Positions 40,401 to 53,718 are shown, numbered from the stretch's first letter. The stretch is 64,000 nucleotides of DNA from Eledone cirrhosa (GCA_964016885.1 OZ024742.1:340442001-340506000), one strand, 5' to 3'. Program-made: numbers and translations. Notes: generated by a model from the sequence alone, not told the origin.

Positions 40401-42400
40401 ACATCACTAACACCACTAACACTACTAACACCACTAACACCACTAACACTACTAACACTACTAACACCACTAACACTACTAACACTACTAACACTACTAA
40501 CACTACTAACACCACTAACACCACTAACACTACTAACACCACTAACACTACTAACACCACTAACACTACTAACACCACTAACACTACTAACACTACTAAC
40601 ACTACTAACACCACTAACACTACTAACACTACTAACATCACTAACACTACAAACACCACTAACACCACTAACACTACTAACATCACTAACACCACTAACA
40701 CTACTAACACCACTAACACTACTAACACTACTAACACTACTAACACCACTAACACCACTAACACTACTAACGCCACTAACACTACTAACATCACTAACAC
40801 TACTAACATCACTAACACCACTAACACTACTAACACTACTAACACCACTAACACTACTAACACCACTAACACCACTAACACTACTAACACTACTAACACC
40901 ACTAACACTACTAACACCACAAACACTACTAACATCACTAACACCACTAACACTACTAACACTACTAACACCACTAACACCACTAACACTACTAACACTA
41001 CTAACACCACTAACACTACTAACACTACTAACACCACTAACACTACTAACATCACTAACACCACTAACACTACTAACACTACTAACACCACTAACACTAC
41101 TAACACTACTAACACTACTAACACCACTAACACTACTAACACTACTAACACCACTAACACCACTAACACTACTAACACTACTAACACCTCTACGAGCACC
41201 ACTAGTAACACCACTAGAACCACTAACACCACTAACACGACTACTAACACCACTAACACCACCAACACCACCACTAACACGACCAACATCACCACAAACG
41301 CCTCTAACACCACCACTAACACCACTAACACCACCAACACCACCACTAACACCACCGACACCACCACACTAATACCTCCAACATCACCACAAACACCTCT
41401 AACACCACCACTAACACCACTAACACCACCAACACCAACACTAACACCACCGACACCACCACTAACACCTCCAACATCACCACAAACACCTCTAACACCT
41501 CCACTAACACCACTAACACCACCAACACCACCACTAACACCACCGACACCACCACACTAACACCTCCAACATCACCACTAACACCACTAACACCACCACT
41601 AACACCACTAACACCACCAACACCACCACTAACACCACCGACACCACCACTAACACCTCCAACATCACCACAAACACCTCTAACACCACCACTAACACCA
41701 CTAATACCACCAACACCACCACTAACACCACCGACACCACCACACTAACACCTCCAACATCACCACTAACACCACTAACACCACCACTAACACCACTAAC
41801 ACCACCAACACCACCACTAACACCACTAACACCACCAACACCACCACTAACACCACCACTAACAACACCACTAACAACACCACTAGCACCACTAACACCA
41901 CAACTAACACCGCTAACACAACCACTAATACCACCACTAACACCACCACTTACACCACCACTAACACCTCCACTAACACCACCACTAATACCACCACTAA
42001 CACCACCACTAACACCGCTAACACAACCACTAACACCACCACTAACACAACCACTAACACCACCACTAACACCACCAATAACACCACCACTAACACCGAT
42101 AACGCCACCACTAACACCACAACCACCACCATCAGACACCACCACTACTACCATCACCGTCAGACACCACTACCATTACCATCACCACCACCACCACAAC
42201 TACCACCACCATCTGACACCACTACCACTACCATCACCACCACAACCACCACCATCAGACACCACCACCACTACCACCACCATCTGACACCACCACCACT
42301 ACCATCACCACCACCACCACAACTATCACCACCATCAGACACCACCACCACTACCATCACCACCACCACCACTACCACCACCATCAGACACCACCAACAC
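37445..42400. repeat. ~5 kb minisatellite: 9-bp unit ACTAACACY grading into 12-bp ACTAACACCACC and TCAGACACCACC units
   Basis: Direct inspection; one-base phase slip near 38870; source of the 1312 and 1360 aa ORFs. Confidence 0.97.
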
Positions 42401-42824
42401 CGCTAGACAATACAAACACTAGATCCCCCCACCACCAGACACCACCATTTCCACCATCATCATCACAATAACCGAATACCACCGGTAGATCACTAGAGGA
42501 AGCAAGAGCTCTTTTATAAAAGACCGGCGGTCTTTATTTCCACTGGTTAAATAAACTGACGGTACCGGTTCATAACAGATGGTTGAAGCTGTTTGAGGTC
42601 ATGCATGCACACACATACACAAACACATACATATGTATATGTGCATATATCTATACATACATATGTATGTATGTATATATGTATGTATATATGTATGTAT
42701 GCTTATATGTATGTGGAGGCGTGTATGTATGTGTGAATGTATGTACATATATATATATGCACATATATATACAATGAATATTATATATATATATACATAT
42801 ATATATAAATGTATATACATACAT

Positions 42825-42857
<33 letters not shown>

Positions 42858-43614
42858 CGCACGCGTGCGTGCATGCGCGCGTGTGTGTGGTATGTGTGTA
42901 TGTGTGTATGTGTGTATGTGTGTGTTCTCAACCGAGCTGGAGATGAAATATTGGTTATGACTCGGAGTTATAAACAAACATGTTATGACTTTCTATATCA
43001 CTGTTTGTGTGTGTTTGTGTGTGTTTGTGTGTGTTTGTGTGTATGTGTGTTTGTGTGTATTTGTGTGTATGTGTTTGTGTGTGTTTGTGTGTGTATGTGC
43101 GCGTCTCTACGGGCATATATATACGTGCGTGTGCATTTATATATCTGTGTGCTCTCGCACGTATACACGTGTGTGTGTGTGCGTGTGTATACATGTGTGT
43201 TTGTGGTTTATTTGGACGTGGGGAGTCAGCGGGACAAGATATTCTTGCCCAAACTAGATTTCTGGCAATAAAATAAATAACTAAATAGCGTGCATTCTAG
43301 CAAAGGTCAGGGCTGGAACCATCTGCTGTAGTTCTGAGATTAACACATTAAGACAACAGTGCCTTCACTGCGTCTGTTTGTCTATACGTGGCTACACAAC
43401 ATGCTAGATATAGCAGTCAAATCCCTAACAATTCATAACTCTAGCGTCTTATATAAACTACGGGGTACAACTAAGAGGTTTTGAGACTTTTATCAGAGAG
43501 ACATTTATTTAACTTAGATCAATACGAATGTGTGAATACGAATGTGTGAATGTTTCAAAAGTTCAGTTTGCACTCAAAAGATCATGGGTACAATTATCTG
43601 GCATTTTTATAGAC

Positions 43615-44030
43615 AAAGAGGCTCAAGTCAAGACATCTTTCTACACTCAGTTGAATCACTCAACAACAGAGCTTCTAGACAACGCCGGTCCCTCTGGTGC
43701 AGTCACCTTAATAACATGGAACATAGACTCTCTATCAACCCTACAGATTCCCTCCCCCTGATTCCAGTGATGCCTGGCCCTTCTGGTCCTGCCTGAATCA
43801 CCTCTCAACAGCTGTTGGTCGCTGTAGTGTCAACCTTCAGAAATAGGGATATGCCACCGATGATGATTCCATCTGCCAGTGCTGGCAATTACAAACTATG
43901 TAGCACCTTCTGGTTTACCCCAATCCTGAAGTTCCAGCACACTTTACGACCTAGAAACCTTAACACACCAGGCAAGGCTCTGTGTGAAACACTGGGTGGG
44001 TGTGGTGTAGCAACACGATAAATAAACTAC
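43615..44030 (+). mobile_element. Vingi/Ingi-like LINE 3' end
   Basis: LKSR..FLHSVESL...RRSLW...W..LNHLSTAVGRCSVNLQK*GY...CQC..LQTM*HLL (CCHC-type C-terminus); TAAA tail. Confidence 0.7.
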
Positions 44031-44219
44031 TCTTGCCACACATGCTCTCCAGATGATTTTGCCTGGTAATTACATTTATGGTACACGTGTCTGTGGAATA
44101 CTCAGTCACTTACACATTAATTTCTGAGTCGGACATTCAGTTTATCGAACGAAGGAAAATGCATCGTTGAAACCAAATGAATCCCTATCATCAAGTCAAC
44201 AAGGAGCCAACCAATAGAG

Positions 44220-44855
44220 TCTGTCTCTATGTGGTTACTGGTCTGGCTAGAAATAGCAGTCAAATCACCACAGAAATTCACAATCTACTGTGTTTATATA
44301 AACGGGAATGAAAACATTGGGTAATTCAGACTTACGTCTCTAGACCGACATGATGGTCGTATCTCTACTCTACCAGGATTGACCTATAGTCAAACAACAA
44401 AAAACCGACAAGGACACGTCTATGGGGGTCATCAGAACCGCTAGAAATGGAAGATAAATCTCCATCAAAGTCACCTCTTAACGTCTTTTACAAACGTAAA
44501 AGACACATTAGATAATGTTCTCCTAGCTAGCTATTTCTAAATTGATTGGATGGTGACGATTAGAATGTCTTTGGTCCATATATCTGCTCGAATAAGATTG
44601 ACCTTGAGATAAACAGCAAGAAAAAGAACGCATATCTATGTGGTTTCCTGAACTGCTAGAAATAGTAGTTAAATCTCCATCAGGTGGTAACGACACCGTA
44701 GGTAATGCAGGAGAAGATACATTTAAATCCACAGGATGGTTATGATTCGAACGTCTTTCGTCAATGTCACTATTCCTATACAACTGACATGAGAGTTAAA
44801 CAAGGAGAAGAAAAAATCTCTAGGTGTTCGGCCAAACTGCTGGAAATAGTTGTCG
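44220..44855 (+). repeat. Diverged ~200 bp tandem repeat
   Basis: Motif TCTATG.GG....CTGCTAGAAATAG.AG..AAATC at ~44226, 44419, 44636, 44818; dispersed copies at ~43383 and ~55045 (-). Confidence 0.6.
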
Positions 44856-45639
44856 TATAAAACCTCATTGTCTTAGTTTTTATTATTTAAGGTTAGAATA
44901 GATAAAGAAGTTTTATAATATACCCTAAAATGACAGGATGGTCATGGTTGAAATGTCGAATTGATGAAACTGTTGAATAAAAGCGAAAAAAAACCCAACA
45001 AATTGAGAGCAATGATATATACAAATATATAGAGTCTGTTCGCTTTTTACGGGAACTTAAATCACGCTAATTCGCTTTAACGCGTCTTGAAAAATGTTAT
45101 TAAATATTCACTTTCCTCGAATAACGAGCTACAGCGTGTGTGGTTTTTAATTTATTTATTTATCTGAAATATTAGGCTTGAATTACGCGAATTTGCTTTA
45201 CGCGCCGCGTTCACGAACACATCTTCGCATAAAATGCGAACACATATATAAAGAAAGGTGCCGATAAGGGGATCAATCCAAAGAACAATGATTCCATTGA
45301 CCTTTCTATTGTTGATATCTACCGGACGCAACATATATATATACGTGGCGTATGTGATTCAGTTAATTACTCCTATATACGTCCTGGCTACCACATTAAA
45401 CTACATCCAGTGGCAAGGCTCCAGTTGGGGAGTTCAGGAGCTGTGGGGAATGCGGAGTCATCCCTTAGTTGTTATCACTCCCAGGTCTGCTCTGGCCCAG
45501 TGTAGTAGCACTTGTTAGGGCCCCATTTATAGGATAAATAATTACCTTATTCGAGTGGCGCCGGTAAGGTATTATCAGCCATTAAAAAGAAGATCTCGGG
45601 AATTACACCCGCCCTAGATAGATATATGTACAAGTACGG

Positions 45640-45805
45640 CCCTTTACGTTCTGAATTCAAATCCGCTGAGTTTAGCTTTGTCTTTCATCCTTACGAGATC
45701 AATAAAATACAATACCAGTGATACACTGTTGTCGATTTAATCGACTTTCCTCTCCCCACAAATTGTTGGCCTTGTGCGTAAATCAGAAACCATTTCTATT
45801 ATTAG
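45640..45805 (+). mobile_element. tRNA-derived SINE (partial)
   Basis: TTCTGAATTCAAATCC...CTTTCATCCTTACGAGATCAATAAAATACAATACCAG...TGGCCTTGTGCGTAAATCAGAAAC. Confidence 0.75.
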
Positions 45806-47659
45806 TAGTAGGAGTATTAATTGTAGTAGTAGCCGTAACATTAATAGTAGTAGTTCAACATCTCTGCGTATATATGTGTGAACACTCATGGACCGACACA
45901 CAGACACAGGCCAACATATATACATTCATTCATACACACATACATACATAGATGCCTGTACATACATACAGACGTGCGTACCTACGTATATACATACATA
46001 CAAACATACATACATACATACATACATGCATACACAGCTACATACAAACATCCATCCATCCATCCATCCATCCATCCATCCATCCATCCATCCATCCATC
46101 CATCCATACATAATACATACACAGCTACATACATACACAGCTACATACATACATAATAACCAGGCAATCAAACATACTTAAACAGTTTCACTCACGAACA
46201 CACAAGTACATACATACACAAACATTGAAATAATTATCCTTCATAAATATCCTTTGGCCATACAAATATATACTAAGTGAGATATATGCATAAACGAATT
46301 ACACCAGCCTTTGCTCTGCATCATTTGCTCTCTTTCTTTCACTTACATTTCATTCTTCATCAGTTTCCTTCTTTAACTATCTCCCTTACTCTCTCTTTCT
46401 CCTCTCACTCTCTTTCTTTCACTTACTCTCTTTCACACGCATTAATTTCCCTTTCACCCTTTTAAATTTCTAATATACCACCATCTTGTTTAAAGCTATA
46501 TATCCTTCATTTCCCCCTCATAATCAGAGATGCATGTTGAGTTTGTTTTTTATTTTTATTTTTAAATTTGATTATACAACACATTTCAACTACGATGTTT
46601 GCATGTCAACCCGAAGGTTAAAGGATCCTTTAAACTCGTTACTATAAATTGAACTCACCCACCTCTCACTTCTACCTCACACCTTCCTTATTTTCTTCAC
46701 ATCTGTATTTACCCCCTCCTCGTCTATACATACATAAATTTACAAAGTCATTTACACACAGGCACACGCTTCCACAGTTATTAGCTAGCAGCCATAGTTA
46801 ATATACGAACTGCCAAAAAATAACACACTTCAGTATGTTTCGTGATGGCCAAGAGAATATCTCGAATTTCGTTTCTTCGTCAAGCGATGCACTCGTATGT
46901 AAAAAGAAACAAAAACGTAAAAACCGGTCGAGACAAAATCTTCGGTTCGGTTTCGACTCCTGGTTGAAGCCATAACACTTCACATTCCAGTTTGATACTG
47001 ATATCAGATATTGAACATATTTTGGTATAATTGTATCAGTACATGTTTTGTTAAGTCCCAATGTGTACTCGTATGAATGGTATCAATATTAATTCAATGA
47101 AACCAAAGTGATTTGCAGAGGCTGACTGAGGAGATGGGACTGTACATTTTTCTTTGTTTTTGTCCATTGTCTTTGTCGTCTACATCTCCTATTTTGAATT
47201 AATTTTCTAAAATCTTAGCTATACGTATTTAGTTTTAAATTATCATATAATAGACGTCACGCTGCTTGGTCTGTCTTCCTCTGTTCTTTCTACTTACCTT
47301 ATCTATGATTCAATGTCATTCTTCTTTCTCTGCACTTTGGACTGCTGTCAACATCATTCTTTTCTGTTTCTCGATCTCTCCCCTTTCTCTACATTTTCTC
47401 CTTTAGTTAAGCCATAGCGCAATATTCTCTCGCTTCTTTGTTATTTGACTGGGAATATATTTCCATCGAAATTTTTGTAAATCACCGAAAGGTATAACTT
47501 GTCTTGTCTTTGTAAGTAACTTTCAAAGTAACCATTTGTAATATTTTGTCGCTTGTGCTTTTTGTTGTTAAAACAAGGGACGCAAAAAGATGTATATTTG
47601 CCCCATATGCCGAGGAAACCCTTGACAAGGGACGTAAGTCTGATCTGACAAAGTATTGA

Positions 47660-48215
47660 AAATTATATGTGCAAAGAGTTTGGCCTGTATTCTTATATAT
47701 AAAAAAATTGCCAATGCGCTCTTCCTCTGACGCTAACTGGTAATATTGGTAGAATGGGAAGACATTGAAATTTGGTAGATCGCCCTCCACATTCCTCTAT
47801 AAGTTGGCTAACAGAGATCTTTCTTGTATATGTATCCCTAATTTCCTAGAGGTTAACTGTCATTCTTTCTTGGAGTGTTAATCCTGTTTGGCCAATGTAG
47901 TGTTCATGGCAACTGTTATATGTTAGAATATATATTAAGTTTTTTGAGTTGCACGAGAATGATTTTTCATTTTGAAAAGGCACAACCTTTGAAGTGAAAT
48001 TCGAGGCCTTCTAAAAGATCGTTGAATACTCCACAGTTAGGTCGGTTACATGTTTTCGTTTCAGGTTCGTTTATTCCAGTTTGCAATTTTGCATTTGATA
48101 TCTTTTTTAGTGACATAGGCTGTCTTCTACTCTTTAAAGTCGGGTTTTTCTGTAAGAGATTTTTCATTTATTTGTCTACTAGTAGGATAGGTGGATTTAG
48201 TTGAATGTGTTTGTA
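47660..48215 (-). mobile_element. Penelope-like element, GIY-YIG endonuclease region (Neptune-like Cys-rich linker), decayed
   Basis: SRRQPMSLKK...CNRPNCGV...FSCNSKNLIYILT...HYIGQTGLTLQERM...FNVFPFYQ. Confidence 0.85.
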
Positions 48216-48245
48216 GATTTCTGTGTGTAGATACATATGTGATTA

Positions 48246-48287
<42 letters not shown>

Positions 48288-48292
<5 letters not shown>

Positions 48293-49556
48293 GGAAGCAG
48301 AACATTACTTATTCTGATCCAGTTCTTGCTTAAGAAAGCCAGTTTCATGGATGGTTTCAACGTACGGTTAGGGGTAACTCCACAAGTGTGTAAGAATTCC
48401 GTTCAATCTTGGAGTATAAAGTATAAATGAGAAAACACAGGTAAGCATTAAGAGAAGGATTTTATCCAGGTATTTACGACCGTTTCATTGGTAAGTGCAA
48501 CCTTATATTGCTATACTGCAAATAGCAGCCACTCAATTATAATAGTTGTTCACAGTCCAAGTTTTCAAAATAGTGAGTAAGTTACTCTTGAAATAATTCT
48601 TAATATATAGAGAAAAACATTTATTTGGAATTGTATTTACTAGTATAGAGAGAAAGGAATTAGAAGGTGAGGGGACGAACGGAATATTATAGAGAGGAAG
48701 GGGGAAGAGGTAGGAAGTAGAGAGACAAACTGAGATGAAGGGAGGGGTAGAGGTGGAAGGATTCCTTGATCAGTTTTGATAGCAGACTTCATGTCGTGGA
48801 ATATAGTGAGTTAAAGAGAATTAAATTGATCATAGTGGGAGGGATGGATAGAGAGAGAGATAGAGAGGGGGGAGATATAAAGAGATAAATATATATATAA
48901 AAAATAAAGATAAAGATAATAATGACAAAAATAAAAGCAAAGAAGGGGGGAGAGAAAGAAGAAAAGAAAAGATAGCCAATACATTTAAAGCCCGTTGGTA
49001 TACACACCGTTACGCAATGAAACATTCCCAACATCGTTATGTAACTACCCTTGCAAACAAGACCTGGCAACTGAGGGAAAGTAACCATCAATACACCCTG
49101 AAGTGGAACAAATTATCGAACGCGCCCCCATATCGGAGTGGTATGAGAAGCTGTCGATTATGCGACCTTGAGCTGTTCCACATCTTGAGTTTGAAGAATA
49201 AGTTATTCAACAATAAAATCGAAAGATCAATTTATTGTAACCATAGACTCAAAGAGAAGTTTTCGCACTACAAGTGCAAATCGAACCCTTAACCTCTTAC
49301 TACCAACTGACAAACTGCATATACTTAGACTTTATACCCTCTTGTTGTATCTAAACCCTTTTAATTACCCACAAAACCAATACCTATATCCCCCTCTTCT
49401 CCCTCATTCCTCTTCTATTTCTTCGTTTTCTTCCTTCCTTCCCTCCCCTTCTTGGCTATCTTTTCTTTTCTTCTTTCTCTCCCCCTTCTTTGCTTTTATT
49501 TTTGTCATTATTATCTTTATCTTTATTTTTATATATATATTTATCTCTTTATATCT

Positions 49557-49651
<95 letters not shown>

Positions 49652-50072
49652 ATCCCTCCCACTATGATCAATTTAATTCTCTTTAACTCACTACATTCCA
49701 CGACATATGAAGTCTGCTATCAAAACTGATCAAGGAATCCTTCCACCTCTACCCCTCCCTCCATCTCAGTTTGTTACTCTACTTCCTACCTCTTCCCCCT
49801 TCCTCTCTCTCTATACTATTCCGCTCTTCCCCTCAATTTCTAATTCCTCTCTCTATATACTAGTAAATACAATTCCAAATAAATGTTTTTCTCTATATAT
49901 TAAGAATTATTTCAAGAGTAACTTACTCACTATTTTGAAAATTTGGACTGTGAACAACAATTATAATTGAGTGGCTGTTATTTGCATTATAGCAATATAA
50001 GGTTGCACTTACCAATGAAACGGTCGTAAATACCTGGATAAAATCCTTCTCTTAATGCTTACCTGCGTTTTC

Positions 50073-50080
<8 letters not shown>
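48288..50080 (+). mobile_element. 5'-truncated Penelope-like element with ~550 bp inverted pLTR
   Basis: 48424-48979 is the reverse complement of 49452-50080; centre ORF 49017-49292 TTLANKTWQLR...LKW...PYRSGMRSCRLCDLE...NNKIE...CNH is a PLE endonuclease C-terminus. Confidence 0.9.
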
Positions 50081-50136
<56 letters not shown>

Positions 50137-50139
50137 ATA

Positions 50140-50490
50140 GAAAAAAAGATGAAATCGAAAATGCAACTGGAGTCTTATTGTTTAAAAAAATGTATATATT
50201 TATTTGGTTCCATTACCGGTTTCGCAGTTCTTCTGCTTTTCAAAAGTAGAGTTGAGATGGAGGGTCTGTGGTTTTTCTCACATCAGATGTGAGAAAAACC
50301 ACAGACCCTCCATCTCAACTCTACTTTTGAAAAGCAGAAGAACTGCGAAACCGGTAATGGAACCAAATAAGTATATACATTTTTTTAAACAATAAGACTC
50401 CAGTGGCATTTTCGATTTCATCTTTTTTTCTTTATACTTTCACTCGTGTAGGACACCTCGGTTATTTTTCATTTTGTAAAAAAACCTCAC

Positions 50491-50496
<6 letters not shown>
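50140..50496 (+). mobile_element. Near-perfect palindromic mini-element (145 bp arms, 1-nt loop at 50285)
   Basis: Arms 50140-50284/50286-50430; HHR-like UUGAAAA-GCAG/CUGC-GAAA-CCGG-UA at 50327-50356; tail 50431-50496. Confidence 0.9.
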
Positions 50497-50577
<81 letters not shown>

Positions 50578-50583
<6 letters not shown>

Positions 50584-51331
50584 TGAAAAGGAACAAAGGA
50601 ATTATTATGACATTATAACAAGTTTATTGCCGACAGCCGTTTCGTCCGACCATATGGTGGGACTTTTCAAGGCATATAACAGGTGATTGTAAGTTCATTA
50701 TTTACATCAACGTTTCACTCAAGATTAGCAGTTTGAAATCGTGGTATACATCAGCAACTCCGCTTGTATATTTAGGGTCTATATTCTAAGGGGGCTCTTT
50801 TATATTAGTTGTAGGAGTTGTAAAAGGGATGGGTTATAGGGAGTTAAGAGAATTTGAAAAGGGCCTAAGAGTTAGGGATTGAAGGTTAAAAATTAAAAAT
50901 TAAAGATTTAATTTTTAACCTTCAATCCCGAACTCTTAGGCCCTTTTCAAATTCTCTTAACTCCCTATAACCCATCCCTTTTACAACTCCTACAACTAAT
51001 ATAAAAGAGCCCCCTTAGAATATAGACCCCAAATATACAAGCGGAGCTGTTGATGTATACCGTGATTTCAAACTGCTAATCTTGAGTGAAACGTTGATGT
51101 AAATAATGAACTTACAATCACCTGTTATATGCCTTGAAAAGTCCCACCATATGGTCGGACGAAACGGCTGTCGGCAATAAACTTGTCACAATGTCATAAT
51201 AGTTCCTTTGTTCTTTTTCATTAATATTTCTGCTCTGCTTATACGCATAGAGCTTAACTAGCTACCGTCGCATATTTGGTAGGTCATGCGTGATCATCGC
51301 GATTTACGTACGACCTACCATACATCTTGCT
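50578..51331 (+). mobile_element. Palindromic element with ~320 bp arms
   Basis: Arms 50578-50897/50907-51226; tail 51227-51331; in (TA)n. Confidence 0.9.
51125..51180 (+). ncRNA. Type I hammerhead with U3:A8 core; mirror copy at 50624-50679 (-)
   Basis: UGCC-UUGAAAA-GUCC.ACC/GGU.GGAC-GAAA-CGGCUG-U-C-GGCA; GUC site at 51170-51172. Confidence 0.75.
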
Positions 51332-51406
51332 TATATATATATGTATATATATATATATAATTTGTTATATATATATAATTTGTTATCCCATATATATATA
51401 TATATA

Positions 51407-51483
<77 letters not shown>

Positions 51484-51620
51484 GATAACAAATTATCGTT
51501 ATAGGTAATCCAGTTAACCATGTTATTCTTCACTATTTCAGTATATATATATATATATATATATATTGTTCCTGAATTTGTTTAGCAAGATTCTTTATCT
51601 GAAAACGTGTGTTGAAACCG

Positions 51621-52899
51621 ATATTGTTATACTTTGGGAGGGTCATGTTGCCAATAAGAAACACACGGTGTTTCGGACCATACCAAAATCAACATACTCA
51701 TTGCGGATTTGGTACGGGTCATGAGAAACGTGTCCCGCATGTGCAACCCCGAAGAACTAGAGAGACACATACAACACTTCATCCACCGTATGCAGTTCTC
51801 TGGTTACAATCAGAGAGATAAAATCAGAGTGTACAGAGGAGCCAGAACCAAATGGGAAAAAATGGTAAATAATGACACAAATGGGACGTGCCCCTTGTAT
51901 AGGAGCAAATTTTGGAATAGAATAGAAAGAACTAGGAATAAGGCTAATAGAATAAACTCATGGTATGATAGCAATAAATACCAGAGTGTAATGTTCATCG
52001 ATACAACCGCTAGAGGTGAATTAGCTTACAAATTTAGAAGGGCTCTAGATAAACATAAACTCAATATTAATATAGTAGAAAGACCAGGTACCTCCATAAA
52101 AACACTTATTAGCAAAACCTCCCTGTATAGATAAGAAATGTATAATCTGTAAATTAAGCCCCCATATTAACTGTATAACTAGAAATGTAGTGTATAGCAT
52201 AAGATGTACTGAAGGACAATGTAGAGATAAAAATATAGTGTGCATAGGTGAGACAGCTCGTAGTATAGGGGAACGGATAAATGGACACTGGTGAGACCTT
52301 CAAGATAGTAAAGAATCATCTGTACTCTACCAACATGTTAAAATAGAACATAAGGGTAAATTAGAGAACATAGAAATAAAAATAGAATCTACACACGGAA
52401 AAGACGCAATGTTTAGACAAATCACAGAGGCAATAAACATAAATGAATTACAACCAAAATTAAATAGAAAACATGAGTGGAACAGCAACATCACAACTTA
52501 TTATTAAGGACAAAATGAAAACACACACGCACATAGAACAAACAACCAACCAGTAACATGTAAATAAACAAATAAATAAACGAATATAAACACACACAGA
52601 CACCCGGATGTAACACATGCGCAAACTAAGCACACAACCCACACTCAAAAACAAGATGGCGTAGGACAGAACAAAGGAGAGGCACAAAAAAACAAAGAAA
52701 AGAATCCCCAGTCACTGAAGAGGTCACAGAATGTGTGACGAAAGAACTTTGACAATATATAAACAACCATCTGGTTGTGGAACCAACCAACCAACCGAAA
52801 ATTTATAAATTCCTAAATTTATAAATTTATTATAATAAATTGAAGTGAAAGCAACTGGTGCGTGTGTTTCTTATTGGCAACATGACCCTCCCAAAGTAT

Positions 52900-52907
<8 letters not shown>
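51621..52907 (+). mobile_element. 5'-truncated Penelope-like element: RT thumb, linker, GIY-YIG, 3' pLTR, inverted 47 bp end
   Basis: RMQFSGY...PLYRSKFW...SVMFIDTT..GEL, then C.IC...NCITRNVVYSIRC...IGETARSIGER...VLYQHV..EH...FRQITEAI; 51621-51667 is the reverse complement of 52861-52907. Confidence 0.92.
52711..52753 (+). ncRNA. Type I hammerhead ribozyme in PLE pLTR
   Basis: GUCA-CUGAAGA-G-GUCACA-GAAUG-UGUGAC-GAAA-GAAC-U-U-UGAC. Confidence 0.8.
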
Positions 52908-52934
<27 letters not shown>

Positions 52935-53379
52935 TATATATATAAATAAAATTAAAGACTCACATTAAACATTTAATTTAATAAGCTCAAGGAATAGATT
53001 CCAATTTGATATATTGGCGCCTACTTCATTTCCATATGTAAGTAAACCTTCTTAAGTTGAATGGTTCTGAGCTGCTGTTTTCAGCAGTCTTTTGGTCTAT
53101 TCACATAACCATGGGATATATAACACGCCTTTTCTCTATACCATGTGTGTTTTCTTAGTTATCTGATATATTTTTAGAAGTGCTGATGATATTGCTAGAC
53201 CACCAGTCGACGAGCCCTCTACAATATGTAATCTTTTTGTGGCGAAACATTCTCTAATTTGAGCATGTCCAGGTGTAAAAGGTATTATTGGTTGATTAGT
53301 ACACTTTCATTTATTCTTTTAATTGATCTATATTCGCCTTTCCTTTCGTAGGTAATATGTTCGTCACTCTGGTGGTTTT

Positions 53380-53446
53380 TATCCCCTATGATTGTATATC
53401 CCCTATGATTGTATATCCCCTATGATTGTATATCCCCTATGATTGT
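53380..53446. repeat. 17-bp tandem repeat ATCCCCTATGATTGTAT x4
   Basis: Direct inspection. Confidence 0.9.
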
Positions 53447-53449
53447 AAA

Positions 53450-53718
53450 ACGACTTACACAGTATTGTTAAACCTTACACAATATTGTTAAACCTTCAAC
53501 TGATACTTTTGTGTGACGTCTCTCTCTCTCTCTGAATATCTAACACTTTAATTGTATCTCTCTCTCTCTGTATAACGGCCTATCTCTCTCTTTCTGTCTC
53601 CTCCTCTGTGTGTCTCTCTCTTTAAATGTGTGTGTGTAGTTTTCGTGTGATCCAACCAGCCAACCAGCCAATCCACCAATAAACATCCTTCTTTTATATA
53701 TTATATATAGATATAGAT
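53450..53718 (-). mobile_element. Possible non-autonomous Helitron 5' end
   Basis: Minus-strand TCTATATCTATATATAATATATAAAAGAAGGATG, similar to the 36389 terminus. Confidence 0.4.

Noticed and set aside
37445-41180. Interstitial telomeric repeat
   Set aside because: Minus-strand unit RGTGTTAGT lacks TTAGGG/TTAGG
37429-41560. 1312 aa and 1360 aa ORFs as mucin- or antifreeze-like genes
   Set aside because: Entirely a 9-bp tandem repeat, open on both strands, with a frameshift near 38870 and no unique domains or splice context
46860-46895. Hammerhead downstream of the Neptune-like fragment (minus strand UUGACGA...GAAA)
   Set aside because: No convincing stems I-III
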